From: Bacteroidales bacterium
GTDB lineage: Bacteria; Bacteroidota; Bacteroidia; Bacteroidales; P3
Length of the DNA stretch: 64,000 nucleotides
Assembly (NCBI GenBank): GCA_017542345.1
Contig: JAFXXI010000009.1
Coordinates: 32,022 to 96,021 of the forward strand
Direction of reading: 5' to 3'
In this document: positions 1 to 9,192 of the stretch, one piece after another
How positions within the stretch are numbered: position 1 is the first letter of the stretch
Layout: every line of letters begins with the position of its first letter
Notes under the pieces: generated by a model
What the model was told of the DNA's origin: nothing
The model's input: only the letters and a program-made list of their open reading frames with translations
The model's database searches: none
Position numbers and translations under genes: made by a program

Positions 1-3000
1 AGACGTTGCCGCCGATGGTGGCACTGCCGCTGTAGGAGCCGGCGCCGTTGTCCTGACCGATGTTGACGGTCACCACGCCGTTGACAGCAGCGGCGTAGGC
101 CGGCGAGGTGCTACCCAGGCCGCCGCCGAAGACGTGGCCTTTAATCTCGCCGTTGAGGATATTGACAGTGGTAGAATCAGTGCTCTCGTTGTTGACGTTA
201 CCGAAGCCCGAGCCGCCGTAGACGTCGCCCCAGACGGTGACGCCAGCGCCGTTGATATTGACTTCGATGTCGCCCTGGGTGCTGGTGTTGTTACCATAGC
301 CGCCGCCGAAGACGCTGGCGGGGGAGCCGTTGGCGCCGATGGTGCCACCGGTGACGTCGACGGTGATGTCGCCCACCACGTTACCGCGCTCGTTACAGCC
401 GCCATAGACGCCAGTGGTGATGGTGCCGGCGGCAATGGCTACCTCGACGTCATTGCTGACGGTGGCCGAGATGGCAGGTGAACCCTGACCCATGCCGCCA
501 CCGTAGATGGTGCCGTTGAGGGTGCCTTTCTTGAAGTCTACCTTGGTGAGTTTGCCGTTGGCACCCACCTCGCCATAGCCCGAACCGCCATAGACATCGC
601 CATAGATGGTGGGCGTGGCGCTGTTGCCGATGGTGACGGTGACGTTGCCGTCGGTGGTGGTGTACTGACCGAGGCCGCCGCCGAAGATGTCGACGCTGTT
701 GCCAGCGCCCGTGGCGCCGACATTGGCTTCGATGTTGACGGCGATGTCGCCGGCCACGTCGCCGTTGACGTTGGCGCCGCCATAGATGCCGGTGAGGCCG
801 CTGTTGGCGGTGTTATAGTTGATGACCACATCGCCGAGGGTAGTAGCCTGTGTGGAAGCCGCGGTGCCGGAACCCATGCCGCCGCCGAAGATCTTGCCAT
901 TCAGACCGCTGCCTCCAATGGTGACAGTGGTGGTATTGCTGCTGCTGCCGTTGACCGAGCCAAGGGCCGAGCCGCCATAGAGGTTGCCGTAGACGGTGGT
1001 GCCGTTGAGGGTGACGGCGATGTCGCCGCCAGTGGCGGTGCTGTGGCCGAAACCGCCGCCGTAGACCACGTCGGTGGTGGTGCCGTTGACACCTACAGTG
1101 CCACCGTTAAGAGCCACAGTGATGTCGCCGCCCACAGTGCCGCTAGTGTTGCAACCACCATAGAGGCCATCGGTGACCTTACCACTGGTGATGGTAACGG
1201 TGGTGGTGCCGCTGACGCCAGCCGCATTGCCGCCACCAAAGAGGTTGGCCACGGTGCTCGAGGCATTATTGTCGTTGTAGGTCACAGTGGTGTTGCCGGA
1301 CACAGCTGCTGCGTCGCCGCCACCATAGACATTACCAGAGACGGAAGCTATATGGCTGGCGTTGGCGTCACCGATAGTCACCACAGGATTGCCGGTGACG
1401 ATGGCCGTGGCACCCTTACCACCGCCGAAGACATTGGTGGCTGTACCATTCTTAATATTTACAGCGGGGTTGCCGGTGTGAGGCGCCAGATTACCGGCAC
1501 CATAGACGTTGCCTAAATATTTGTCGCTACAGCCCGGAGTGGTCCATTCTACATCGACAGTGATGTCGCCGCTGATGGTGCCGCTGTTGTTGTTACCGCC
1601 AAAGGCGTTGTTGATGCGGCCACCGGTGATGGTGAGGGTGATGTCGCCGGTAATGTCAGCGCGGTTAGCGCCGCCGTAGACATAATCAATATATTCGCTG
1701 GAGCTGATGCCAGTACAGCCGATGGTGAGGTTGCCGGCATTGCTGGCAGCATAGTTACCACCGCCATAGACTTCGGTGATGACCATGTCGCACGAGTTGT
1801 CGTCCTTGTCGATGGTCACATTGATGGTACCGCCGATGGTACCGTTACTGTTCGAGCCACCGAAGACCTGATTGATGGTGCCGCCGGTGACGGTGACGTT
1901 GGTGTTGCCAGCCACATTGGCCGCGATAGCGGGTGAAGCATCCTTATCGCCATGGCCACCACCAAAGACCGAACCGCTGATGGTACCACCGTCAATGGTC
2001 ACCGAGGTGGCCGGCACATCGGCAGCATTACCGCCGCCGTAGACATTGGCGATCTGGGTGTTGCACTTAGCAGGCACCGATACCGTCGGGGTTCCAGTGA
2101 CGACCTTGGCAGCATTGCCGCCGCCATAGACGTCGCCGCTGACGATGGCCTGATAACTTTCATGACCCACAGTCACGTCGCCAACAATGACATGGGGGGT
2201 ACCAGTGACGGAACCCAAAGTCTGGGTAGCGTCGTCGGGGTCGCCGTTACCGCCGCCGAAGACATCGCCCGTGACGGTGCCTTTGTTGATGTATACATAG
2301 GGGTCGCCGGTGTAGGTAGCCAGGTTGCCGCCACCGTAGACGTTGCCGCCCACGTTGTTGTTGATGTCGACCCGCACGGTGCTGGTCGGACGACCGTTGA
2401 CGTTGTTGCAGCCGAAGACGTCGTTCACGCTGCCGCTGTTGACAGTGACCTGCACGGCACCTTTGACAAGAGCCTCGTGGGTGTTGTCGCCGAGGCCGCC
2501 GCCATAGACGCCGCCACTGACGGTGCCGCCGTCGATGGTCACAATAGTGTGGTCGCTGCTGCTGGTTCCCACGTCGGCCAGGGCGCCGCCGCCATAGATG
2601 TCGAGGGTCACAGTGCCGCCGTTGACAGCCACATCAGTAGAACCGGCCACGTCGGCCAGGTTACCGCCGCCAAAAACATTCTGTGACACAGTGCCGCCGT
2701 TGATGTCCACATCGGTGGAACCCGACACGTTGGCCAGGTTGCCGCCGCCATAGACGTTGCCGCTGACGGTGGTGCTGGCGGTGACGCCGCCGCCGGTGAC
2801 TCTGTCGATGGTCACCGTGGTGCTGCCCGTCACAGGTGCCGCCTCGCCACCGCCGTAGACGTTGCCGGCGATAGCGACGGTGGAGGTCGTCAGCGTGGAG
2901 CCCTTAAGTGTTGAGGCCAGCGAAGACATGGAGGCCTGATAGCCCACGTTGACCGTGGGGGTGGAGGTGACGGTGGCCGTGGAGCCGAAGCCGCCGCCGT

Positions 3001-4390
3001 AGACGTTGCCGCCGACGCCGGCATTCTTGGTCACCGAGCCATGGATGATGTTCACCTCGGGATAGGCTCCCGGGGTGCTGGGAGTATAGGGAGCGTTCTT
3101 GCCGCCGCCGTAGATGTTGTGCACTACCAGCGGGCAGGAGCCGCCCTTGTCAAGCATGTTGACGGTAATCTTGCCGTTGATGTAGCCGCCCTGGTTGTTG
3201 CCGCCGAAGGCGGTGTCGATGGTGCCGCCCAGCAGGTTGAGGGTGACGTTGCCGGTGATGGTGCCGCCCTGGTTGTTGCCGGCGAAGAGACTCGCGTACT
3301 CGCCGCCCTCGATGGTGAGGGTAACGTTGCCGACGACGTCGGCGTTGCGCGAGCCGCCGAAGACGGCGTCGATGTCGGCGTTGTTGGATTGACAGCCCAT
3401 GGTGATGTTGATGTCACCGGCCGTGGCGGCTTCGTTGCTGCCGCCGTAGAGCTCGGCGATGTGCTTGGTGGGACAGCTGCCGTCGGCGAGGATGTCCACG
3501 GTCTTGTCGCCGCTGACGTTACCATACTGGTTCGAGCCGCCAAAGACGTAGGTGATGTCGCCGCCATGGAAGGTGACGGTGGCATCGCCGTAGATGTTGG
3601 CGCCTGGGTTGTAGTTGGCAGCCGAGGGGTCGGTGTGGTTGCCTGTGGCGCTGTAGCCGTTACCGCCGCCGAAGACCCACTCGATGCGGCCGCCGTCGAT
3701 GATGACGTCGGTGGCGCTGCTGGTGGTGCTGTTGCCCACGTCGGCAGCGTTGCCGCCGCCATAGACATACTGGATGGTGTTGTCGCAGGTGTAGACATGC
3801 ACGGTGGTCACCTTGCCGGTGGTGGCGGGCAGGTAGGCTGCCTTGTTGCCGCCGCCAAAGACCTGGCCGAGGGCAAAGCCGGCATCGCTCACCGTGTTGA
3901 CGCCACTGGTACGGGCCGTCTTGTAGATGTTCACGAAGACATTGTCTCTCGGGGTGCCGTTGACGTTGTTGCAGCCGAAGACGGAACCGCCGATGGTGGC
4001 CTCGCCGCTGACACTGCCGCCGTTGTCCTTACCGATGTTGACGGTCACGACGCCGTTGACCAGAGCTGCCGTACCGTCATTGCCAAGGCCGCCACCGTAG
4101 ACGTTGCCGCCCACGTTGCCGCCCTCGATGGTCACGGTGGTGGCGTTGCTGTTGTCGGTTCCCACGTCGGCCAGAGCACCGCCGCCGTAGACGTCGGTCT
4201 CGACGGTGGCGTGGTCCTGCATGAGCACCGTCGAGTTGCCGGTCACGTCGGCAGCGTTGCCGCCGCCGAAGACGTTACCGTTCACAATGACCTGTGCCGA
4301 TGCTCCGAAAGTACCGAAGACAAGCAGTCCGCCCAAAATCATGCCGGCGCACCAGCGTGAAAGGGCAAAAAATCCCTTATTATATTTCAT
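1..4390 (-). CDS. Secreted beta-helix repeat surface protein (N-terminal ~1463 codons; 3' end lies beyond the window start)
   Basis: Absent from the ORF track because there is no stop inside the window. The reverse complement of 4388-4390 is ATG. It is followed by MKYNKGFFALSRWCAGMILGGLLVFGTFGASAQ (signal peptide), then VIVNGNVFGGGNAADVTG... I hand-translated 4261-4390, 1271-1462 and 2-85; all give G-N-[VI]-[YF]-G-G-G type turns in the same frame. No stop-bounded ORF is reported in that frame. It is paralogous to the C-terminal half of 4646-8878. Confidence 0.75.
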   Translation of the reverse strand, partial: MKYNKGFFALSRWCAGMILGGLLVFGTFGASAQVIVNGNVFGGGNAADVTGNSTVLMQDHATVETDVYGGGALADVGTDNSNATTVTIEGGNVGGNVYGGGLGNDGTAALVNGVVTVNIGKDNGGSVSGEATIGGSVFGCNNVNGTPRDNVFVNIYKTARTSGVNTVSDAGFALGQVFGGGNKAAYLPATTGKVTTVHVYTCDNTIQYVYGGGNAADVGNSTTSSATDVIIDGGRIEWVFGGGNGYSATGNHTDPSAANYNPGANIYGDATVTFHGGDITYVFGGSNQYGNVSGDKTVDILADGSCPTKHIAELYGGSNEAATAGDINITMGCQSNNADIDAVFGGSRNADVVGNVTLTIEGGEYASLFAGNNQGGTITGNVTLNLLGGTIDTAFGGNNQGGYINGKITVNMLDKGGSCPLVVHNIYGGGKNAPYTPSTPGAYPEVNIIHGSVTKNAGVGGNVYGGGFGSTATVTSTPTVNVGYQASMSSLASTLKGSTLTTSTVAIAGNVYGGGEAAPVTGSTTVTIDRVTGGGVTASTTVSGNVYGGGNLANVSGSTDVDINGGTVSQNVFGGGNLADVAGSTDVAVNGGTVTLDIYGGGALADVGTSSSDHTIVTIDGGTVSGGVYGGGLGDNTHEALVKGAVQVTVNSGSVNDVFGCNNVNGRPTSTVRVDINNNVGGNVYGGGNLATYTGDPYVYINKGTVTGDVFGGGNGDPDDATQTLGSVTGTPHVIVGDVTVGHESYQAIVSGDVYGGGNAAKVVTGTPTVSVPAKCNTQIANVYGGGNAADVPATSVTIDGGTISGSVFGGGHGDKDASPAIAANVAGNTNVTVTGGTINQVFGGSNSNGTIGGTINVTIDKDDNSCDMVITEVYGGGNYAASNAGNLTIGCTGISSSEYIDYVYGGANRADITGDITLTITGGRINNAFGGNNNSGTISGDITVDVEWTTPGCSDKYLGNVYGAGNLAPHTGNPAVNIKNGTATNVFGGGKGATAIVTGNPVVTIGDANASHIASVSGNVYGGGDAAAVSGNTTVTYNDNNASSTVANLFGGGNAAGVSGTTTVTITSGKVTDGLYGGCNTSGTVGGDITVALNGGTVGVNGTTTDVVYGGGFGHSTATGGDIAVTLNGTTVYGNLYGGSALGSVNGSSSNTTTVTIGGSGLNGKIFGGGMGSGTAASTQATTLGDVVINYNTANSGLTGIYGGANVNGDVAGDIAVNIEANVGATGAGNSVDIFGGGLGQYTTTDGNVTVTIGNSATPTIYGDVYGGSGYGEVGANGKLTKVDFKKGTLNGTIYGGGMGQGSPAISATVSNDVEVAIAAGTITTGVYGGCNERGNVVGDITVDVTGGTIGANGSPASVFGGGYGNNTSTQGDIEVNINGAGVTVWGDVYGGSGFGNVNNESTDSTTVNILNGEIKGHVFGGGLGSTSPAYAAAVNGVVTVNIGQDNGAGSYSGSATIGGNV

Positions 4391-4488
4391 AGCGTAGTAT
4401 TTTTTCTGCATCATGTTAATATATTATTATATATTAGTCCCTGAATACCAATATACAAACTGGCATCAGCGGGGTATAGTTCAAAAGA

Positions 4489-4496
4489 CAAATATA
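4489..4496 (-). promoter_or_regulatory. Candidate Bacteroidetes -7 box (TATATTTG) for the 1-4390 gene
   Basis: The minus strand reads TATATTTG, matching TAnnTTTG, about 95 nt upstream of the ATG. No clear -33 TTTG. Confidence 0.35.
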
Positions 4497-4582
4497 AGAA
4501 AAAAACTTGAACTATCCGCTAAAAAAAGTTAAATCAAGCTGTTTGGTGTGTCGCTGCAGGCAGGCAGTCCCCCATCGGTGAC

Positions 4583-4611
4583 AAAAAAAACCGTGGGAGA
4601 TTGTCCCACGG
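4583..4611 (-). terminator. Rho-independent terminator of the 4646-8878 gene
   Basis: Hairpin CCGTGGGA-gattg-TCCCACGG (4591-4611). On the minus strand it is followed by an 8-nt U run (A run at 4583-4590). It lies 35 nt after the stop. Confidence 0.7.
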
Positions 4612-4645
4612 TCATTATCTGTCGACTCCCAAACGGAGCTTGACG

Positions 4646-7600
4646 TTAATCGCGCAGTTGCACGTTGGTCTGGCCCGTCACCTGTGCAGCGTCTCCGCCG
4701 CCGTAGACGTTGCCCGTCACATGTGCCGTGCCACTGAGGGTCACCTGCGGGTTGCCTGTGACGATAGCTGTAGCACCCTTGCCGCCACCGAAGACGTTGG
4801 TAGCCTGGCCACCAGTCATATTCACCACCGGGTAGTTTTGGCCTGACTTGCTGTAGGCTGCCGCGTCGCCGCCGCCGAAAACGTTGCCGTTCACACGGCC
4901 ACCGTTGACGGTGACGGTAATCCGGCCGTTGACGACAGCGCCGTTGCCGTAGGCTCCGCCGAAGAGGTTGCCGTTGACAAGGGCTTTGTTCATGGTCACC
5001 GTTGTCGTGTTGTTGGCGCTGCCATTGTTGGTACGGCCGAGGGCCGAGCCGCCGTAGACGTTGCCGTTGACGGTGGCCGAGTCGGTGGCCGACGTGCTGG
5101 CGCCGAGGGTGACGCTGACGTTGCCGGTGACGATGGTCGAGCTGCCGTAGCCGCCGCCGAAGACGCCGTCGCCGTCAGTGCCGTCGCCAACGGTGCCGCC
5201 GTTGACCTGTATGGAGATGGGGCCGGCCACGGTGCCGGTTGTGTTAGAGCCACCATAGACTCCACTGTTGACCTGGCCTTCGGTTACATAGATATTTACA
5301 ATCTGGCCATTTTGATTGTTGCTTCCACCGAATACGGAGCCGTCGACAGTTCCTCCCATGACATGGATATCGCTTTTGTGACCTGTACCGGCGCACACAT
5401 ATCCGTAGTTGCCGCCGCCATACACATTGCGTTCTACATAGCATTCATCGGCTATTACTACTGTTGAATTATTAACCTCGCCGACTGTGGCTCCTGCATC
5501 GGCATCACTGTTTCCACTTCCTGCACCAAAAATGTTGCCCCCGGTGGCATTACCGCTTCCCATGGTGGTGTTGGAGCCTTCGCTGTCGCATCTTGCATTA
5601 CCGCCGAAATAAACATAAGTGTCTCCGGTGAGCTTTCCTCCGGTTGTTTGTGTTCCGTTGGCACCTCCTGCGACCCAGCCTTTCAGGTTGCCACCAGTGA
5701 TGATGATATAGCGGTTGCCGTAAGAGGCGGCATACTGTGCGGCGCCGTACAAGGCGCCTTTAACAGTGCCTCCTTTCATGCGGATTTCCAACATGTCGGC
5801 TGCTGCAACCTGATTGTCATTAACATCAATGCCGCCAGAAATGTCGGAGAATACGCCTCCTTCAATCACCATGGTTTTCTTTCCGTAGGTTCCGCTTCCG
5901 GTATTTCCCCACAGTGAAAGGTAGAATTGCACGCCGCCACCATAGTTGCCCAAATCGAAGTCGCCGCTTTTGACGGTGCAACGCAGGAAGTCGTTGCCCT
6001 CGTTATTGTTGCTTCCGCCTGCTCCGTTGTGACCTGCAATAATATCATCCGTAATCTTCAGCTTACTATTGTCGTCCATAGCTCTGTCGTAGTCACAGCC
6101 GATGACGGAGGTAAGAACGCCCGCCGACATTGTGCGACCATCGCCGCAGAAATACAAGTTGGTGAATCTGCCACTGGCAAAGTTGAAACGGAAACTGGTG
6201 GTGTTGTTCCCATTCAATCCATACAGGTTTGTGGCACAGAGTCCGCCATTATATCCACTCACACCGCGGCCGATGGTGAAGTTCTTGCCATTGGCATTGA
6301 CTGTGCTGTTGTTATTCCTCAGGATGATGTATTCTATTTTGCTGTCGGTGGCGGCTGTAAAGCCGCCGTATTTATACACGGTGACGTTAGTTGCTGCGGT
6401 GGTGCCGTCAGTGGTGCCGTTTGGGTATATGGATGTATAAGTGCATGGAGAATTGCCTGCGGTGATATTGCTGTTGGCACTGGCCGTGAATACATAGAAG
6501 TTGCGCTCTACGCCTAAGTTGTTGTTAGGAGCACCAGTTGTGCTTACATATGCTCTTGCCCAAAGAGCCTCGAACTCTACTTCCATACCATACTCACTCG
6601 AGGGGGCAAAATATATATCGGTTTCTGCATTGATAGTGCTGCCGACGGCATAGCTGGTACCAGCTGTGGCTGCGCTATGGATTGTTCCACCGCTGAGTTT
6701 TTTGACTCGCCAAGCATAGAAACCACGGTATTTTGACGTGCCGTCGCTGTCGTAGGTGGGACGCACGCTGAAGGGATTGGCAATGGTGGTGTAAGCGCAG
6801 CGTCCATTGGCGGCCGAAGCCGAGGCTGCACCTCTACCATTGACGCGCTCCAGTGTTTCAAGGTAAGTGAATGTGTTGGCATCGGCATCAATACCTACCT
6901 TGACGGTTGTGGCATTGGCATTCCATTCTGTTGGGTTGTCGTTGTTGTTGGTTTGAACTGTGCCAGTTCCATTGCCGTAGTAGGTGATTTTTACATCGGC
7001 GGGGTTTAGGCTGCGGATGGGGCAGTCGGGGTCGCTGTAGTAGCTCCAGGCATGGTCTTCGCGGTCGTCGAGGATCACCTTGCCGCCGCTCACGCCGCCA
7101 GTGACATATTCATCCATGGCCACGTCAGAGGTGACATAGTCGGCCTTCACGGCGATGGCCATGATGGTCTGCGTGTTGGCGAGCTGCACGGGGGCCGAGT
7201 AGGTGGGCGAGCTGGCCGTCGGCATCGAGCCGTCGGTGGTGTAGTGGATGGTGGCACCGGCTTCGGCGGTGATGGTTGCCAAGCCCGTGTTGCTCACCGT
7301 GATGACAGGAGCCGCCAACTGCATCTGGAAAGCCTCGCTCGCCACCGTCGAGCTGTGCCCGTCGCGGATGGCTATAGCCTTCACCGTGGTGGGACTCGCG
7401 GTGAGGTCGAAGGGACCTGTGTAGGGGGTGCTGCTGGCCGTCGGCGTGCTCCCGTCGGTGGTGTAGTAGATGGTGGCGCCGACACTGGCACTGGCCAGGC
7501 TGATGGTGTTGCCGCTACGCGTGATGGTGGGCTGCACCATCGGGCCGTAGGCCGTGATGGTGGCCGTGGCCGTCTTGGCGCTGACGCCCGCGGCCGTGGC

Positions 7601-8878
7601 CGTGACCGTAAGCGTGGCCGTCTGGTCCGTAGGGCTCTGCGTGGTGTGCGTCACCGTGGTGGTGGTGCCCGTAGTGGGAGTGCGCGTCAGGTAGCTGGCC
7701 GCCGACCCGCTGAGGCTCCACGTGAGGGTGACAGGCACCGTGGTCGACGAAATGGTGCTGAAGTCGTCGGTGTTATCGTAGAGCGTGCCCTCGTAGTAGT
7801 AGTAGGTGCTGCCGCCGCCCGTGAGGGTGGTGTGGGCAGGAACGGTGGTGGTGGTGCTGTTGGCTGTCACCCTGACCGAGCTGAAGGCCTGGCTCCCTTC
7901 GTTGTAGTAGAGCGCGGCCGTCGAGGGGCTCACCGTCGGGTCGGTCATGGTCGAGGTGGTCGTCGCATTCTCGCTTATGGCGGCACGCGTCAGCGTGAAG
8001 TCCACGGTCTTGTTGCTCAGCGGGCTGATGTTGCTCACCGTCAGGCGCACGGTGATGTTGCCCGTGGGGGCTCCGCTAAGGGTCACCACGCCCGTGGCGG
8101 CGTTGAGGGTGGCCACGCCGCCGCCATTGGCCGTAAGGCTCCAGGTATAGGTGGGGGTCAACGTATTGGCATTGACGGAAGGCACGGTGCTGCCATAGTC
8201 GGTCTCGTTATACCAGTTGTGTGTGGTGCTGTTGAAGACATAGCGGGTGTACTGCGGCACATAGGTGCCGCCCAGGGCGCTGTGGCTGAGGGTGAGGGTG
8301 TTGCCGCTCACGCTGGCGACAGAGATAGTTGGGGCCGTGGTATTGTCGGCAGGCCCCTGCGTGGTGATTGTGGCATCATACAATCTACCGTTGTTGCTAT
8401 TAGTGCTGTTTAATTGCCAAGTGGTGCCATTGAGCCGGAGATAGTAATTTGTATTCGTCCAACCACTGGAAACTCTTGCTCGTATGATTTCTTCGTCGTC
8501 ACCTCTGTACCAGTCTCCCCAGTCGGTACCAAGAGATACGGATGTGTATTGCAGATAGTTGCTGTTGGTGGAGGTTATAGCCACGCCTTCGCTGTTTGCT
8601 GTCCGGATATAGTCGCGACGCACATAATGCCACAGGCAGGTGGCAGGGTTGAACGAGGTGGTGGCAGCCGAGTTCACGCTGGTGCCGGCCTCGTTGTGCG
8701 TCAGGTAGTAGTTGCCGCTCATGATAACAGCCTGTCCTTGAGCACTTGTCCATCCGGTCAGCAGCGCCGCCAGCAAAGCAACGCCGCGCCCCAGGCGGCG
8801 CCAGTTGTTTTTGTCCTTTGTTTGGGTGTTTTTTTCCATAGTATGGGTGCGTGTCTGTTGTATTATATTGTTCTGCAT
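4646..8878 (-). CDS. Large secreted surface protein: two chitobiase/hexosaminidase-C-like modules + Thr/Ser-rich region + C-terminal beta-helix repeats, no recognisable sorting domain
   Basis: 1410-aa ORF with signal peptide ..GVALLAALLTGWTSAQG. Motifs ATIYYTTDGSTPT and ATIHYTTDGSMPT. About 600 C-terminal residues of GNV[YF]GGG turns. It ends ..GNVYGGGDAAQVTGQTNVQLRD. An alternative start is the internal Met (MEKNTQ..). Confidence 0.85.
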   Translation of the reverse strand: MQNNIIQQTRTHTMEKNTQTKDKNNWRRLGRGVALLAALLTGWTSAQGQAVIMSGNYYLTHNEAGTSVNSAATTSFNPATCLWHYVRRDYIRTANSEGVAITSTNSNYLQYTSVSLGTDWGDWYRGDDEEIIRARVSSGWTNTNYYLRLNGTTWQLNSTNSNNGRLYDATITTQGPADNTTAPTISVASVSGNTLTLSHSALGGTYVPQYTRYVFNSTTHNWYNETDYGSTVPSVNANTLTPTYTWSLTANGGGVATLNAATGVVTLSGAPTGNITVRLTVSNISPLSNKTVDFTLTRAAISENATTTSTMTDPTVSPSTAALYYNEGSQAFSSVRVTANSTTTTVPAHTTLTGGGSTYYYYEGTLYDNTDDFSTISSTTVPVTLTWSLSGSAASYLTRTPTTGTTTTVTHTTQSPTDQTATLTVTATAAGVSAKTATATITAYGPMVQPTITRSGNTISLASASVGATIYYTTDGSTPTASSTPYTGPFDLTASPTTVKAIAIRDGHSSTVASEAFQMQLAAPVITVSNTGLATITAEAGATIHYTTDGSMPTASSPTYSAPVQLANTQTIMAIAVKADYVTSDVAMDEYVTGGVSGGKVILDDREDHAWSYYSDPDCPIRSLNPADVKITYYGNGTGTVQTNNNDNPTEWNANATTVKVGIDADANTFTYLETLERVNGRGAASASAANGRCAYTTIANPFSVRPTYDSDGTSKYRGFYAWRVKKLSGGTIHSAATAGTSYAVGSTINAETDIYFAPSSEYGMEVEFEALWARAYVSTTGAPNNNLGVERNFYVFTASANSNITAGNSPCTYTSIYPNGTTDGTTAATNVTVYKYGGFTAATDSKIEYIILRNNNSTVNANGKNFTIGRGVSGYNGGLCATNLYGLNGNNTTSFRFNFASGRFTNLYFCGDGRTMSAGVLTSVIGCDYDRAMDDNSKLKITDDIIAGHNGAGGSNNNEGNDFLRCTVKSGDFDLGNYGGGVQFYLSLWGNTGSGTYGKKTMVIEGGVFSDISGGIDVNDNQVAAADMLEIRMKGGTVKGALYGAAQYAASYGNRYIIITGGNLKGWVAGGANGTQTTGGKLTGDTYVYFGGNARCDSEGSNTTMGSGNATGGNIFGAGSGNSDADAGATVGEVNNSTVVIADECYVERNVYGGGNYGYVCAGTGHKSDIHVMGGTVDGSVFGGSNNQNGQIVNIYVTEGQVNSGVYGGSNTTGTVAGPISIQVNGGTVGDGTDGDGVFGGGYGSSTIVTGNVSVTLGASTSATDSATVNGNVYGGSALGRTNNGSANNTTTVTMNKALVNGNLFGGAYGNGAVVNGRITVTVNGGRVNGNVFGGGDAAAYSKSGQNYPVVNMTGGQATNVFGGGKGATAIVTGNPQVTLSGTAHVTGNVYGGGDAAQVTGQTNVQLRD

Positions 8879-8949
8879 GTTTTACAATTATATCTATCGC
8901 ACTGAAATCCACAGCGATAAGCCGGGACCTCAGTGTTTGGTTTAAGTTG

Positions 8950-8957
8950 CAAAAATA
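8950..8957 (-). promoter_or_regulatory. Candidate -7 box (TATTTTTG) for the 4646-8878 gene
   Basis: The minus strand reads TATTTTTG, 72 nt upstream of the ATG at 8878. No well-spaced -33 element. Confidence 0.35.
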
Positions 8958-9004
8958 CAACTTTTTTCATATATAATCGCGCGCCCAAAAGTTAATAATT
9001 ATAA

Positions 9005-9135
9005 AATACCCTCTCCCCCACCCCTCACCATCCTCGCCGCATCCCCGCCGCATCCCCTTCGCAATTTGTACCAAAATGAGCGGAGCGGGACCGGAGCGGG
9101 ACCGGAGGGGGACCGGACCGGGACCGGAGGGGAAG
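9005..9135. repeat. Strand-skewed C-rich then G-rich intergenic block with GGGACCGGAG(C) tandem units
   Basis: 9005-9060 is C-rich (CCCTCTCCCCCACCCCTCACCATCC..). 9082-9135 is G-rich, with about 4-5 imperfect 10-11-nt units of GGGACCGGAG. It resembles the C-rich flank and G-rich centre of repeat copies at 28250 and 38091. Confidence 0.4.
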
Positions 9136-9139
9136 GGTG

Positions 9140-9165
9140 AAAAAAAAACACCCCGTGGAGGGGTG
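9140..9165 (-). terminator. Rho-independent terminator of the 2870-aa gene
   Basis: On the minus strand: CACCCC-tccac-GGGGTG followed by T9 (A run at 9140-9148 on plus). It lies 28 nt after the stop at 9193. Confidence 0.55.
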
Positions 9166-9192
9166 GAAAAGGGGGTGGAGAAACACCCTCGG

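Noticed and set aside
3041-4360. Long plus-strand ORFs (for example 3041-4360 at 439 aa, 1952-2686, 7052-8413) inside the beta-helix genes.
   Set aside because: They are antisense shadow ORFs. Their products are monotonous Gly/Ala/Val/Asp/His strings with no signal peptide or motif. The minus strand encodes coherent GNVYGGG repeat proteins with signal peptides. GC-rich repetitive GNC-type codons keep the opposite strand open.
4471-4525. An inverted repeat ATAGTTCAA...TTGAACTAT bracketing the candidate -7 box of the 1-4390 gene, considered as a possible invertible (phase-variable) promoter.
   Set aside because: The arms are only 9 bp and 22 nt apart, and no invertase gene is nearby. Bacteroidales invertible promoters use longer inverted repeats flanking roughly 150-300 bp. 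This is more likely a simple hairpin.
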